Part shown: positions 38,307-48,866 of the stretch, in pieces
How positions within the stretch are numbered: the first letter of the stretch is position 1
Layout: each line of letters begins with the position of its first letter
From: Zootoca vivipara
Lineage: Eukaryota
Direction of reading: 5' to 3'
Length of the DNA stretch: 64,000 nt
Assembly: GCF_963506605.1 (NCBI RefSeq)
Contig: NC_083277.1
Location: 9,982,001 to 10,046,000 of the forward strand
Notes under the pieces: generated by a model
Seen by the model: only the letters and a program-made list of their open reading frames with translations
Database searches by the model: none
Told to the model about the DNA's origin: nothing
Made by a program: the position numbers and the translations under genes

Positions 38307-41050
38307 AGCCAGATCTCTGTGGAACCCCCCCCCCAAAAAAGCAGGATCCCAGCACAAGAGCCTTCTCCCCTCCTATGGTTCCTAGTACAATACTGTAACT
38401 GGTATTCAGAAACATTTACTGCGTCGGACTGTGCAGTGAATTTGTCTAATCCTCTTTTCAAGTCATCCCAATTGGCGGTTGTCGCGGCCTCCCGTGGCAG
38501 GGAGTTCCACAGTTTAACTAGGCACTGCTTGAAGTATTTTCTTCCCTGGATAACCTTCAAGTTCTAGTATTAGGAGAGAGGGAGGAAAACTTTTCTCTAT
38601 CTACTTTCTACTTGCCAGATTCATGCAGGCAGGTTTCTCACATACATAGGAAGCTGCAATATTATTCCAAGTCTTCCCATTGGTCCACCTAGCTCAGTAT
38701 TGTCTACACTGACTGGCAGCAGCTCCCCAAGTTTTGGGATCTCCCTCAGTCCTTGTTGGAGGTGTGGGGGATTGAACCTGGGACGTTCTGCATGCAAAGC
38801 CACATACTGTAACTTGGTCCCAAGTTGTTTAGGGCTCCATATACACAAATAACATAACCTTTAACCTGGCTTAGTCACAAGCTGGCACCCCTTGGAGTTA
38901 TTTCAGATCAGGCATTGTATGTGCCCGCCAGAACATCCCCCTTTGCTGCCTAACTGCCGCTTTTGAAGAAAGCTACTAAGGGGCAGCCCCACACAGAACT
39001 CATTAGTCAAGTAAGCTATTTGGAGGTCGCCCCGATAGATGTGCTACAACCTGCAGAATTCCATCTTGCGGCAACATGGAAACACGCCTTCTTCAAGATG
39101 GGCACCTGCTCTTTGCAATGATCTCCCCTCTGCAATGCAGGGTCAAAGGCAAGGCAATACAGCCAGACCCACTGCAGACTTGTCTTTGAGCTTGTTTCCT
39201 CCCTTCTCCCTCCCAGTTCTTCTTCCTCGTGTGCCGTGCCTTTTCAGATGGCAAGTACTGATTTTTGCAAGCTGCTCTCGAAGAGCCTTTGCGTTGCCGA
39301 AATAAATGCTGTAAACAAATAATGCAACAGGCAGAACACCTGCACACTTGACACAAATAAAACACATTAAAAAAAACAACAACAACAGGTACTACTCGCC
39401 CCCTGGACAAAACAGGCAACCCCCTCCCAAACCAAGCAACTCCCCCCCCCACCCTGTTTATTACTGATTATTTTTTAAAGCAAAATACAAAAGTGCAGAG
39501 GGGCACGAGGCTTTGGTAGGAACCAGGGGTGTGTGAGGACTCCATGTTAGGGCTCGAACTATTACAGCGCACTGGGTTCAAGTTGCGTCCACTGCAATGC
39601 AGTAAAGGCAAGCTGTTCTCTTGCTGAGACACAAACACCCTGACTTGAAGGCTGGGGACCTGGTACCCTCAAGGAGGACTTCACTTAGCAACATCCATGC
39701 CCATTGGGCTAGCTGAAACTAATGGGCAATGCAGACCAACCACAGCTAGAAAGCAACACAGCAGCTTCTCTGTTCCTCACATGGCAGGACCAGAGATGCC
39801 CCTGAGGTTTCAGTGCCCTGAAGAATCCTTGGGTCTGTAGTTTGTTAAGGGTGCTGGGAATTGTAGCTCTGTGATGGGTAATCTACAGCGCCTAGGATTT
39901 TTTGGGGGGAGAACCATGTGCGTAAAATGTGCTTTAAATATACGGTGTGGGTGCAATTTTCTACAGATTTTGCGTTTTCATGTAACCAGCTTACTATTAT
40001 TTCCACGAGTCTGTAGCCTGAGATATGGAAGTAAATAAAAGGAAATAAAAACCACAAACAATCATATGCTTTATAGGAGAGACAGCAAGAAAACGAAGGA
40101 GGGGGTAAAGTGTTTCTGTTGTTTTATTACAGGGGAGCCACGCCACCATCATGGCATGACACACCTCTTTGCCCAAAGCTTTGGTTGTGTGGAGCTCATT
40201 TCCTTCTGCACAGATGTCCTCTCCTGTTTTGCCCTCAGATAACCATCTATTCAAAGTGGTTAGCACAGGCATCTCTAAACTGCGGCCCTCCAGATGTTTT
40301 GGCCTACAACTCCCATGATCCCTAGCTAACAGGACCAGTGGTCAGGGAAGATGAATTGTAGTCCAAAACATCTGGAGGGCCGCAGTTTGGGGGTGCCTGG
40401 GTTAGCATTTCAGCACACTAATAAATTTCTATATTTGGGGATGCTGAGCCCCACCTTTTCTCTGGAGCAGACCAAGGAATCAGAGCTCTGGCTCCAGCTG
40501 GGAGGGCGAGAAATGAAAGTGAGCCGCTCCACATCTTGTATTCACTCCTGGGAAAAATCCAATGTATTGCGATCCAATGTATAATTACTTAGGGAACACT
40601 GGGACTTCTGAGTAAACCTACAGAGAATCATGCTGTTAATGTGAACAAAATAAATAAATAAATGTGGTTGCAATATATTTGTGTCTGTGTGTATTTTATG
40701 ATGGTAGAAAAATTATTTTGTAATGTTAAGATTGCTTCAGGCTTCTATGTATATTTTAAATACTATTCCTGCGTATAAGACTACTTTTTAACCCAGGAAA
40801 ATTGTCTCAAAAGTCAGGGGTCGTCTTATACGCCGGGTCGTATTTCTTATATTGCAAGTATATCCCAAACTCTATATTTTAACTCGAAAACTTGGGGGTC
40901 GTCTTATACGCCGGAATATACAGTATATACCTTTTTGTGGAGGAGTAGTATGTACACATTCTATTACCTCAGGGTGTGTTCTCCCTTGGTAACATTACCT
41001 AGATATGAGGAACACCTGAGCAAATCCAATTCTCAGATTTAGCAACCTCC

Positions 41051-41265
41051 TAGGGTTGCCAGACTCAATAGAGGACAGGACTTTTGTGCCTTTAATTGCC
41101 CTGCTCTCTTTTGAGTCTGGAAACCTTAAAGAGAAGCCAGCAGACCCTTTGTTTAATTTCCAAGCAAAGGGTCTGCTGGTTTCTCTTTAAGGTTTCCAGA
41201 CTCAAAAGAGAGCAGGGCAATTAAAGGCACAAAAGTCCTGTCCTCTATTGAGTCTGGCAACCCTA
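41051..41265. mobile_element. Fold-back (near-perfect palindromic) MITE
   Basis: ~100-bp arms starting tagggttgcca; flanks caacctcc / caacctca. Confidence 0.85.
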
Positions 41266-41694
41266 CAACCTCATTTGTGCCCCGTCTCCAAATTCAGGAA
41301 CTACATGTTCAGCAGCAAAAGCAGGGCTGCCAACCCCATGTCTAAGTCTTCCCAGGGAGGATTGGAGGCATACATAACACTTCCCACCTGCCTCTTTTTC
41401 TCCACAGCAGTGTTCAATCAGGTGTGGGAAACCTTTGCCTTCCAGGTGTTGCTGAACTACAACTCCCATCAGCCCCGGCAAGTGCGGCCAATGACAAGGG
41501 CAACTGTAGTTCAGCAACATCTGGAGGGTGAAAGGTTCCCCACACCTGCTCAAAACACCACCTCACCCAGGGTACTTTCCCCCAGGTAGGTGTTCCTAGG
41601 TGGGCTTGCTGGTAAAGTGGGGGGGAAACAAGAAATGGTCCCTTAGAAAAGTGGTGGTGGAGGAAGGGAAAGGGATTAAGCACTCCTGCTTACT

Positions 41695-42007
41695 TCAAAT
41701 ATGTAAAAGGATGTCATATAGAAGAGGGTGAAAGGTTGTTTTCTGCTGCTCCAGAGAAACGGACACGGAGCAATGGATTCAAGCTACAAGAAAGAAGATT
41801 CCACCTAAACATTAGGAAGAACTTCCTGACAGTAAGAGCTGTTCAACAGTGGAATTTGCTGCCAAGGAGTGTGGTGGAGTCTCCTTCTTTGAAGGTCTTT
41901 AAGCAGAGGCTTGACAGCCATCTGTCAGGAATGCTTTGATGGTGTTTCCTGCTTGGCAGGGGGTTGGACTGGATGGCCCTAGTGGTCTCTTCCAACTCGA
42001 TGATTCT
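41695..42007 (+). mobile_element. CR1 LINE 3' fragment
   Basis: [35 protein letters not shown]. Confidence 0.88.
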
Positions 42008-42507
42008 CCCATAAAATAGCCCTCTCCCCACTGCTTCATTACACATTGGCAAATAATGGAGCTAGGAATCCTTTAAAAATGTTCCTACTGTTTATTTTTA
42101 AAAATACTTATGAACTGCCATTCCCCAAAGTTTCACAGCAGGTTACGACCATAAAAATGACAGCAATAAAAACAAAAACAGGGCAAGAGTAGTGGCTTGC
42201 ATAAAAGTCATAGCTTTGCCAACAGAGACACAAAAAGTGGATTCGCAAAACTGTTTCTTGTGGTGACCACAGACATGGAGTGCCACTTCACCATATAGGC
42301 TGTGTTATGAGGTAATTTTACCTCAGGACCTGATCAGAAACATCACATGGCGTAGTGGCAAAAGTCATCTCACAACAGGGCTTCGGAAGACAGTTTACCA
42401 GAGCTTTCTGTGGTAGATCCCCAGCTTCAAAGAGTGCTTTGAATTGAACTGAAGTGTGCATTTTGAAACCTTGGTGTTTTTTTTTAATCCAAGGGCTCCA
42501 TGAGGAG

Positions 42508-44828
42508 TTAGGAATCGCTCATGAAGTAGCTTGCCAGAGCTTCCCTCACCAGGCTTCCATCCCGTGCATCCTCTGGGGACGTTGGGAGCCTCAAGTGTCC
42601 CTCAGGGGCCTGGTCCCACACGCCATCTTGGGCCCAAGGCCCATCCACCAAAGCATGCCCACGATTCTCGCAAATATTATGGAGCACGACGGACCCCACC
42701 ACCACGGGGATAATGTTCTCTTCGGCCACCTCCAAGCGGGTGGCCAGGCACCTCCACCGTCCCTTCAGCCGCCCAAAGGCCTCTTCGGCCACCTTCTTGC
42801 AGTCACTCAGGCGGGAGTTGAAATGTTCTTGGCGGGGGCTGAGGTTGCCAGTGAAGGGCTTCATAAGCCACTTCTTCAAGGGATAGGACGCGTCGCCCAA
42901 GATGAGCGGGGGGATCTCCACGTTGCCAATGGTCATGGAATGAGTCCCAGGTACGAACGACCCTTGGTCCATCGCCTCACACAGGGCTAGGTTTCGGAAG
43001 AAGGAGGCATCCTTATCTTTTCCGCACCAGCTGAGTTCGATGTCAATGAAACGGCCCTTGTGGTCCACCGTGCCTTGCATTGACATAGGGAAGAACCCCT
43101 TTTGGCTGATGTTGGTCCCCTTTCGGACAGTGCAGATGATGGGGATGTGGGTCCTGTCCATGACCCCCACACAGCTGGGAAACCCCATTTCCTCAAATCC
43201 TGCCATGACCTTTCAAAACAAAAAGATTGAAGAATTAGAAAGCCGATCGTCCCACCATCATCCAGGCCAGGCTTCCTTAAACAGGTGCTAGCCAGGTGTT
43301 TTGTACTACAGCTCCCATCAGCCCCAGTTGGAATGATGGGACTTGGAGTCTTAAACATCTAGTGGGCATCAGGTTGCTTTGGGAGTCATCTGTATGAAAA
43401 CTGGCATAGAAATATAATCAATCAATCAATCAGCCAGTCCCAAAAAAGGAATATTTAGTAGATACTCTCTTTCCGTTTACATTTTCAGTACAGATTTGAG
43501 CTGGTTCTATACAGCTCAGTGGTGGTCATGTGGGGTGGTAAAAGCTTCCTGGGAAATGATATATAATGAGTTAAAGAAAATGTTAAAGAAAACTTTTGTT
43601 AAAAAACCAGAGGCTTTTCTCTATAATAGGTGAGGAACTACCAAAATAAAATAAAAGACTATTTATGTATGCAACGACGGCAGCTTCTAGCCCAGAGATG
43701 GAAAGAAAGAGAAGTACAGACCAGAGAAGAGTGGCAGACCAAGCTGATGGAATATGCAGAAATGGCAAGACTGGCGGGAAAGATCAGAAACCAGGAAGAC
43801 CAAGTATTCTTAAAAGATTGGAATAACTTTTTAATATACTTGAAAGACAACTGTAGACAGTTGAAATCATTGGCAGGAATACAATGACACTTGTAAAGTG
43901 AAATGAACTTTGGTTACTGTGATTATGTAATAGAGGGATAACGGTGAAAGATGCAGGAAAAAATAAAAATAAAAAAATATTTAGAATGGTACCCATAGAG
44001 GGAGGGAAGGAGGTCTGAAGGTTCGAAAGAACCTTTTTTTTAATGGTTATACTGTAGTTACTGTTCTCTGGAGAATAGAAGGTTAAGGGGTGATATGATA
44101 GCCATGTTCAAATATATAAAAGGATGTCATATAGAGGAGGGTGAAAGGTTGTTTTCTGCTGCTCCAGAGAAGCGGACACGGAGCAATGGATTCAAACTAC
44201 AAGAAAGAAGATTCCACCTAAACATTAGGAAGAACTTCCTGACAGTAAGAGCTGTTCAGCAGTGGAATTTGCTACCAAGGAGTGTGGTGGAGTCTCCTTC
44301 TTTGGAGGTCTTTAAGCAGAGGCTTGACAGCCATCTGTCGGGAATGCTTTGATGGTGTTTCCTGCTTGGCAGGGGGTTGGACTGGATGGCCCTTCTGGTC
44401 TCTTCCAACTCTATGATTCTAACTTTATGTAAAACTAATAAAAAATTTCTAAAACAGAAAAGAAAAGGAATAGTATAAAGAACGAAAGAAAGGTCAACAC
44501 AACAATAAATAAATAAAGAGAACAAGAAGAACATACATTTAAAGAAGACTGGAAAGCGTTTATTGAATATATGGGAAATTATTGTGTATTGTGAATATAT
44601 GGGAAATTATTGTGTATGCTGGCAGCATTAAGATAAATTCAACAGTGTAAATTAAGTTTTGATAGGTGCAATAATGGAATACTGAATGGTATAGTTTTTG
44701 TAAAACATGCAGGGATTTATGATACTTAAAGTGAACCATGGAAAGAGAAGAAGGAAAGTCATTGATTATCTTAAGGGTGTAACATGAGTATTTTAAATTG
44801 TAAAACAGAAAATTTAATAAAATATTAT

Positions 44829-44862
<34 letters not shown>

Positions 44863-45528
44863 CCCAATAAATAAACAAACAGACAAAAGTAGCAATAGTA
44901 GTAGTACGGTAGTAACAAAGAAAAAATATGCAAGTACATAAAAATAATAAAATACCAGCACCTCTTTGGGGTCCTCGAGGGCCACCACCTTCCTGAAGAG
45001 CAGCTTCTCGATGGCCAGGCACACCTCGATGAAGACCTCCCCGACGGTGGAGCGCCCCACCCCGAAGTGCCCGGCCACGGAGCGGTAGCACTCGGTGGTG
45101 GCCAGCTTCCAGAGGGCGATGCCCACGCGCTTCTCCACGCTCAGCGGCGCGCGCATGGTGGTGGTCTGGCGCTGCAGCTCCGGCCGCAGCTCCTCACAAA
45201 GCGCCAGGAAGGTGTCCTTGGTCATGCGGAAGCCCTGCAGCCACTGGCTGGGCTGCCACGTCTCCAGCACCACGCGCTCCCACCAGTCCTGGCTGACCTG
45301 GCGCGACCAGAAGCGGTGCGGCCCGGCGTGGAGCTCCTCGGCCACCAAGCGCGCCTCGCTGTCCGGACACGCGTCGGGCAGCAGCTGGTGCAGGAGCGAG
45401 ACGTGGTTGGCCATCACGCGGCGCATCGTCCGCCGAGCGCGGGCAGCCACGCCGCCCCGGTGCAGGTGGAGGCGCACCAGGTTGTGCGTGGCGAGGATCA
45501 CCAGCACGATGGCCTCGAGGTTCTCCAT
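42508..45528 (-). CDS. PIF/Harbinger transposase-derived DDE nuclease (HARBI1/ALP1-like), two coding exons, about 422 aa
   Basis: Exon 1, 45528-44962, has FRMTKDTFLALCEEL and the HTH region LWKLATTECYRSVAGHFGVGRSTV. Exon 2, 43209-42508, has CVGVMDRTHIPI, LGDASYP, VAEEAFGRLKGRWRCL and LHNICE. The phase-0 GT-AG junction gives EDPKE|VMAGF. No stops; AATAAA(-) at 42091-42096. Confidence 0.88.
43540..43900 (+). mobile_element. L1-type LINE ORF2 C-terminal fragment; a second piece at ~44520-44820
   Basis: LLAQRWKEREVQTREEWQTKLMEYAEMARL...FLKDWNNFLIYL. Confidence 0.7.
44070..44420 (+). mobile_element. CR1 LINE 3' fragment
   Basis: [16 protein letters not shown]...LDSHLSGML and tail. Confidence 0.9.
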
Positions 45529-45600
45529 TCGCACGAGAATGAAGCGGCAACTACTACGCAATCGTTTGTTTGGATGGCGATGACTGAAGCAAGGGTAGCT

Positions 45601-45749
45601 GCGCTGGATAGCGCGGTCAGTAGAGCAGGGAGCTCTTGATCTCAGGGTTGTGGGTTCAAGCCCCACGGGGGGCAAAAGATGCCTGCATTGCCAGGGGTTG
45701 GACTAGATGACCCTAAGGGGACCCTTCCAAAATTACAATTCTATGATTC
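45601..45749 (+). mobile_element. tRNA-Lys-derived SINE with CR1-type 3' tail
   Basis: The Lys(CTT)-like head runs directly into cctgcattgccaggggttggactagatgaccc...ctatgattc. A decayed copy lies at ~7548-7685. Confidence 0.75.
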
Positions 45750-46471
45750 CCCTTCCAGACTTGCCCCAGCTTCTCCAAAACGGCTCAAAATGGCCCGAAG
45801 CGTTTCAAAGCAAGCATCGCGGGCAGAAAGCCTGCAGAAATGTTGATATAAGAAGAAGAAGAAGCGGGTTGTTTTGCACCCTTCTTTGACTGTCGGAATG
45901 GCTGAAAGCGGCCTACGAGTAGATTTAAAAACACGACTAAAAAAAGAGAGAGAACTCGAGGGAGGAGGAGGAGAAAAGGGTCGTAAAATGCCGCGGCGAA
46001 GTCAATCCATGCCGAATTCTGGAATTTTTAGAATTTTGCAATTCGCAAAGTCAAACTTCCAAGGCGGAAACGCAGCAATGGAAAGGCCGGATGTTTCGGC
46101 TGAAGCGTGATGTCAGCCCTCGCAGTAGATCGTGGAAACCAACGTTGCAAACTGATTTTTCATAAAATAAAATAAATAATAAAGCGGGGTGCAATCCAAG
46201 CATTTCTTTAAAATCAGAAGATCGAGGCGCTGCAACGAAGCTCGTCCTCTTTGCTCCCCCCTTCCCGCGAGCCTCCCTCCCGCTTCTCTCTCTGGGCGTG
46301 CTTCTTCCTTTTTCTCCCCCGGTTGCCAATGTCTAGCTGAAGGCTATCGAGAGCCTAAAGGGTTAAAGCGACAGAGCTCTCCCCTCCGACTAGATTCAAG
46401 GTGAAAGCGCGTCTCCACTGCAGGTGCCAGTGCGCGTGCGTGTGTGTATTGGGATGTCATTCGCCTAGGTT

Positions 46472-46485
46472 CCACTAGGGGGCGC
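46472..46485 (+). promoter_or_regulatory. CTCF core motif
   Basis: CCACTAGGGGGCGC matches the CCASYAGRKGGCRS consensus. Confidence 0.7.
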
Positions 46486-47687
46486 CTTCTGCAAAGAGTC
46501 CCTGTGGGCTGTGTGAAGGCGGATATCCCAGAAAGTGGGAGAGGAGTCACATCAACCCCAGAAGAGATTGAAGATGGTGGAAGAGCCCCCACCTCAAAGT
46601 ATTGGCTTATTTTATTCAGTTTAGATCCCACCACTCTTCCATTTTAGGGACACACGCGCGTACGTAAAGGTTAAAACCACCGAGTTCCTTTCCGATTCCT
46701 GGAGAGACCAGTGACGATACAAAGCCCCGGTAATGTAGTTTAAAACACCAAGGGCTACAGTTTTCATGTTTTCCAACTGGCAATTCCGATTGCATAGGAA
46801 GCCGTGCGAAGAACGTGCCGCTGCGGCGCTTTGGCTCTGCGATCATCTCGCTCTCTAAAAACACGCAAAATAAAATTAAGTTTCTAGCAATTGTAGAACC
46901 TGAGATACGAGGCAAAACAAACGTGCACTGTTCTCATTTTGTGGGTGAGAAATTGGCCGGCTTCCCCCTTTTAGCACTGCCTCCACCACCACCACCCCCA
47001 AATCACTGCAGATGCCCATTGAGCACTCATTGCTCTGGAAACCCGAAGCTGTTTCCAGACTGCGAATATTTTGCAGTGTGTGGAGGGAAAAATTCTATTA
47101 CACACTTGCAAATTCAGGGTGCACAATTAAAGTTGGATTTGGCGCTGTTCAGCAACAATCCCACTCACCACCACCCCCGGCAGATATTTTTACAATAAGG
47201 AAGTTGAGTGCAAAACATACTGGGGTGTGCGGAGATAACGCGTTGACGAATGACAGGCAGAAATCCAACCAGTGCCACTCCTTTTAGCCACCCTCAAATG
47301 GAGAGCTCTGCTTGGGAACCTGAAATGAAGGTTGGTGGAACTCTTGGGTCCCCCCCCCCAAGTGCAGTATCTGATAATTCACTTCCTTCCCCAACTACCC
47401 ACATCGCTCCCCCCCCACTTGACGCCCCCCCCCCCCTGCTTCACCTCTGGTGGCAAACTGCCTTTTGAATTACTTCTCTTTTTAAAGCTTGGAGGAAGAC
47501 ACAGAGGAGCTGCAAGGAGCAGATTTCTTCAGCCAGGAGGATAGTTGCAGCTGTCAAGCCTGCAGAGAAAGGTGAATTTAAAAGGGGACATTGTTGTTAA
47601 GAAGGAGCCAGCAAGATCAGGAGCCAGCAAGATCAGGGAGGAATAAAACTGCAAGAGGGGCAGGGTGGACTGAAGCAGGGCTTCAAT

Positions 47688-48120
47688 ATTGTCTACTCTT
47701 CAGTGGGTCTCCAGAGGTTCAGACAGCAACTTTCCCTGCCCTGCCCGGAGACTCCCGGGATTGAACCTGGGATTGCATGAAAAGCAGATGCTCTACCATT
47801 GAGCTACAGCCTGCTTCTTAGAAACGTTGGTCCATCTACCTTTGTGTTGTCCACACTGACTGGCAGCAGCTCTCCAGGCTCTCAGGCAGCCCTACCTGGG
47901 GATGTCAGAGGTAGTACTTGGGACCTTATGCATGTAAGCTGATCCTCACACCACTGAGCTGAAGAACACAGGGCTCTGCCTTTATAAAATTACCCTTTCT
48001 ATCTCAGTATTGTACACACTGACTGGCAGCAGCTCTCCAGGGTTTCAGACAAGAGACCTCTCCCAGCAGTACCTGGGGACGGAACCTGGGACCTTCTGTA
48101 TATACCACTGAGCTGCACTG
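47688..48120 (-). repeat. Three tandem degenerate tRNA-Ala-like SINE units
   Basis: Repeated actgactggcagcagctctccagg...gaacctgggac...ccactgagct units. Confidence 0.55.
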
Positions 48121-48866
48121 CACTTCCCAGTTTATCCTCTCTTCCAAATCTTATATCTGAAAGCAAACATGCCCAAAGGGGTGATTGCGGAAAAGTTAAG
48201 AGGTGACACAGTTATATATTTTGGGAGGTTTGCTATAGAGCAGAGGTGGATTAGCTTGAGGCTTATGAGACCTACTTTGTTTCCCCCCACTAGATTCCCC
48301 AAGACCCACTCACTGGAGCCAAATCAAATAATGCTTCAAATCAAAGAATTCTGAGCCTATCCATCACCGCACAAAAAGACTTGCTGCTGGCGATTCCCTG
48401 GAATTTGCAATTCTAGAAACCAGGAATGTCTGGACTGTGGCTGCATTAAAATTGATTGTTCTGAATGAGGTGGAAAGCTCATTTCTGAACATTATTATCA
48501 TTAATAGTTAGTTGCTGTTCTCAGAAAGGTGAATGCAAGGCAACTTGCAAAAAACGATAGTCCCTTGTGCAGAGGCTTGACAGCCATCTGTCAGGAATGC
48601 TTTGATGGTGTTTCCTGCTTGGCAGGGGGTTGGACTGGATGGCCCTTGTGGTCTCTTCCAACTCTATGATTCTATGATCTATTTCTCTCTTCCTCCCACC
48701 TCCCTCAAAACTCCTTTTAGCAGAAACACCTGTCTACAACACCTTCGGTCTTCTATGCTTTCCTGGAGGACTCATTTACAGAGAGATTCATGGTCCTTGA
48801 AAAGTGACTTTAGATGAAGAAAGCTCTTCAGAGGCTGGATGTTCTTTCTGACATTTGAACAGTTCA

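Larger units (their letters stand above)
44960..46850. promoter_or_regulatory. CpG island; probable bidirectional promoter of the Harbinger-derived gene and the downstream SCAN-ZNF gene
   Basis: Marked CpG enrichment relative to the rest of the window, between divergently oriented genes. Confidence 0.65.

Noticed and set aside
36498-44962. In-frame transposase-SCAN fusion (transposase exon 1 spliced to the minus-strand SCAN exon)
   Set aside because: The donor at 44962 is phase 0 and the acceptor at 36498 is phase 1, so the join is out of frame. A shared non-coding first exon cannot be excluded.
45601-45674. tRNA-Lys(CTT) gene
   Set aside because: Stems are broken and it runs straight into a CR1-type tail, so it is a SINE head.
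44560-45675. 371-aa single-exon ORF as the transposase
   Set aside because: Its N-terminus is antisense SINE sequence and its C-terminus is intronic low-complexity/L1 sequence. The real frame is 45528-44962 spliced to 43209.
42000-47000. Autonomous Harbinger element with TIRs and a Myb/SANT ORF
   Set aside because: I found no TIR/TSD pair or Myb/SANT coding sequence by eye. The nearby 41051-41265 palindrome has its own ~8-bp flanking repeat and is unrelated.
47688-48120. CRISPR-like repeat array
   Set aside because: Vertebrate DNA; the units are degenerate tRNA-derived SINE copies without constant repeat/spacer structure.
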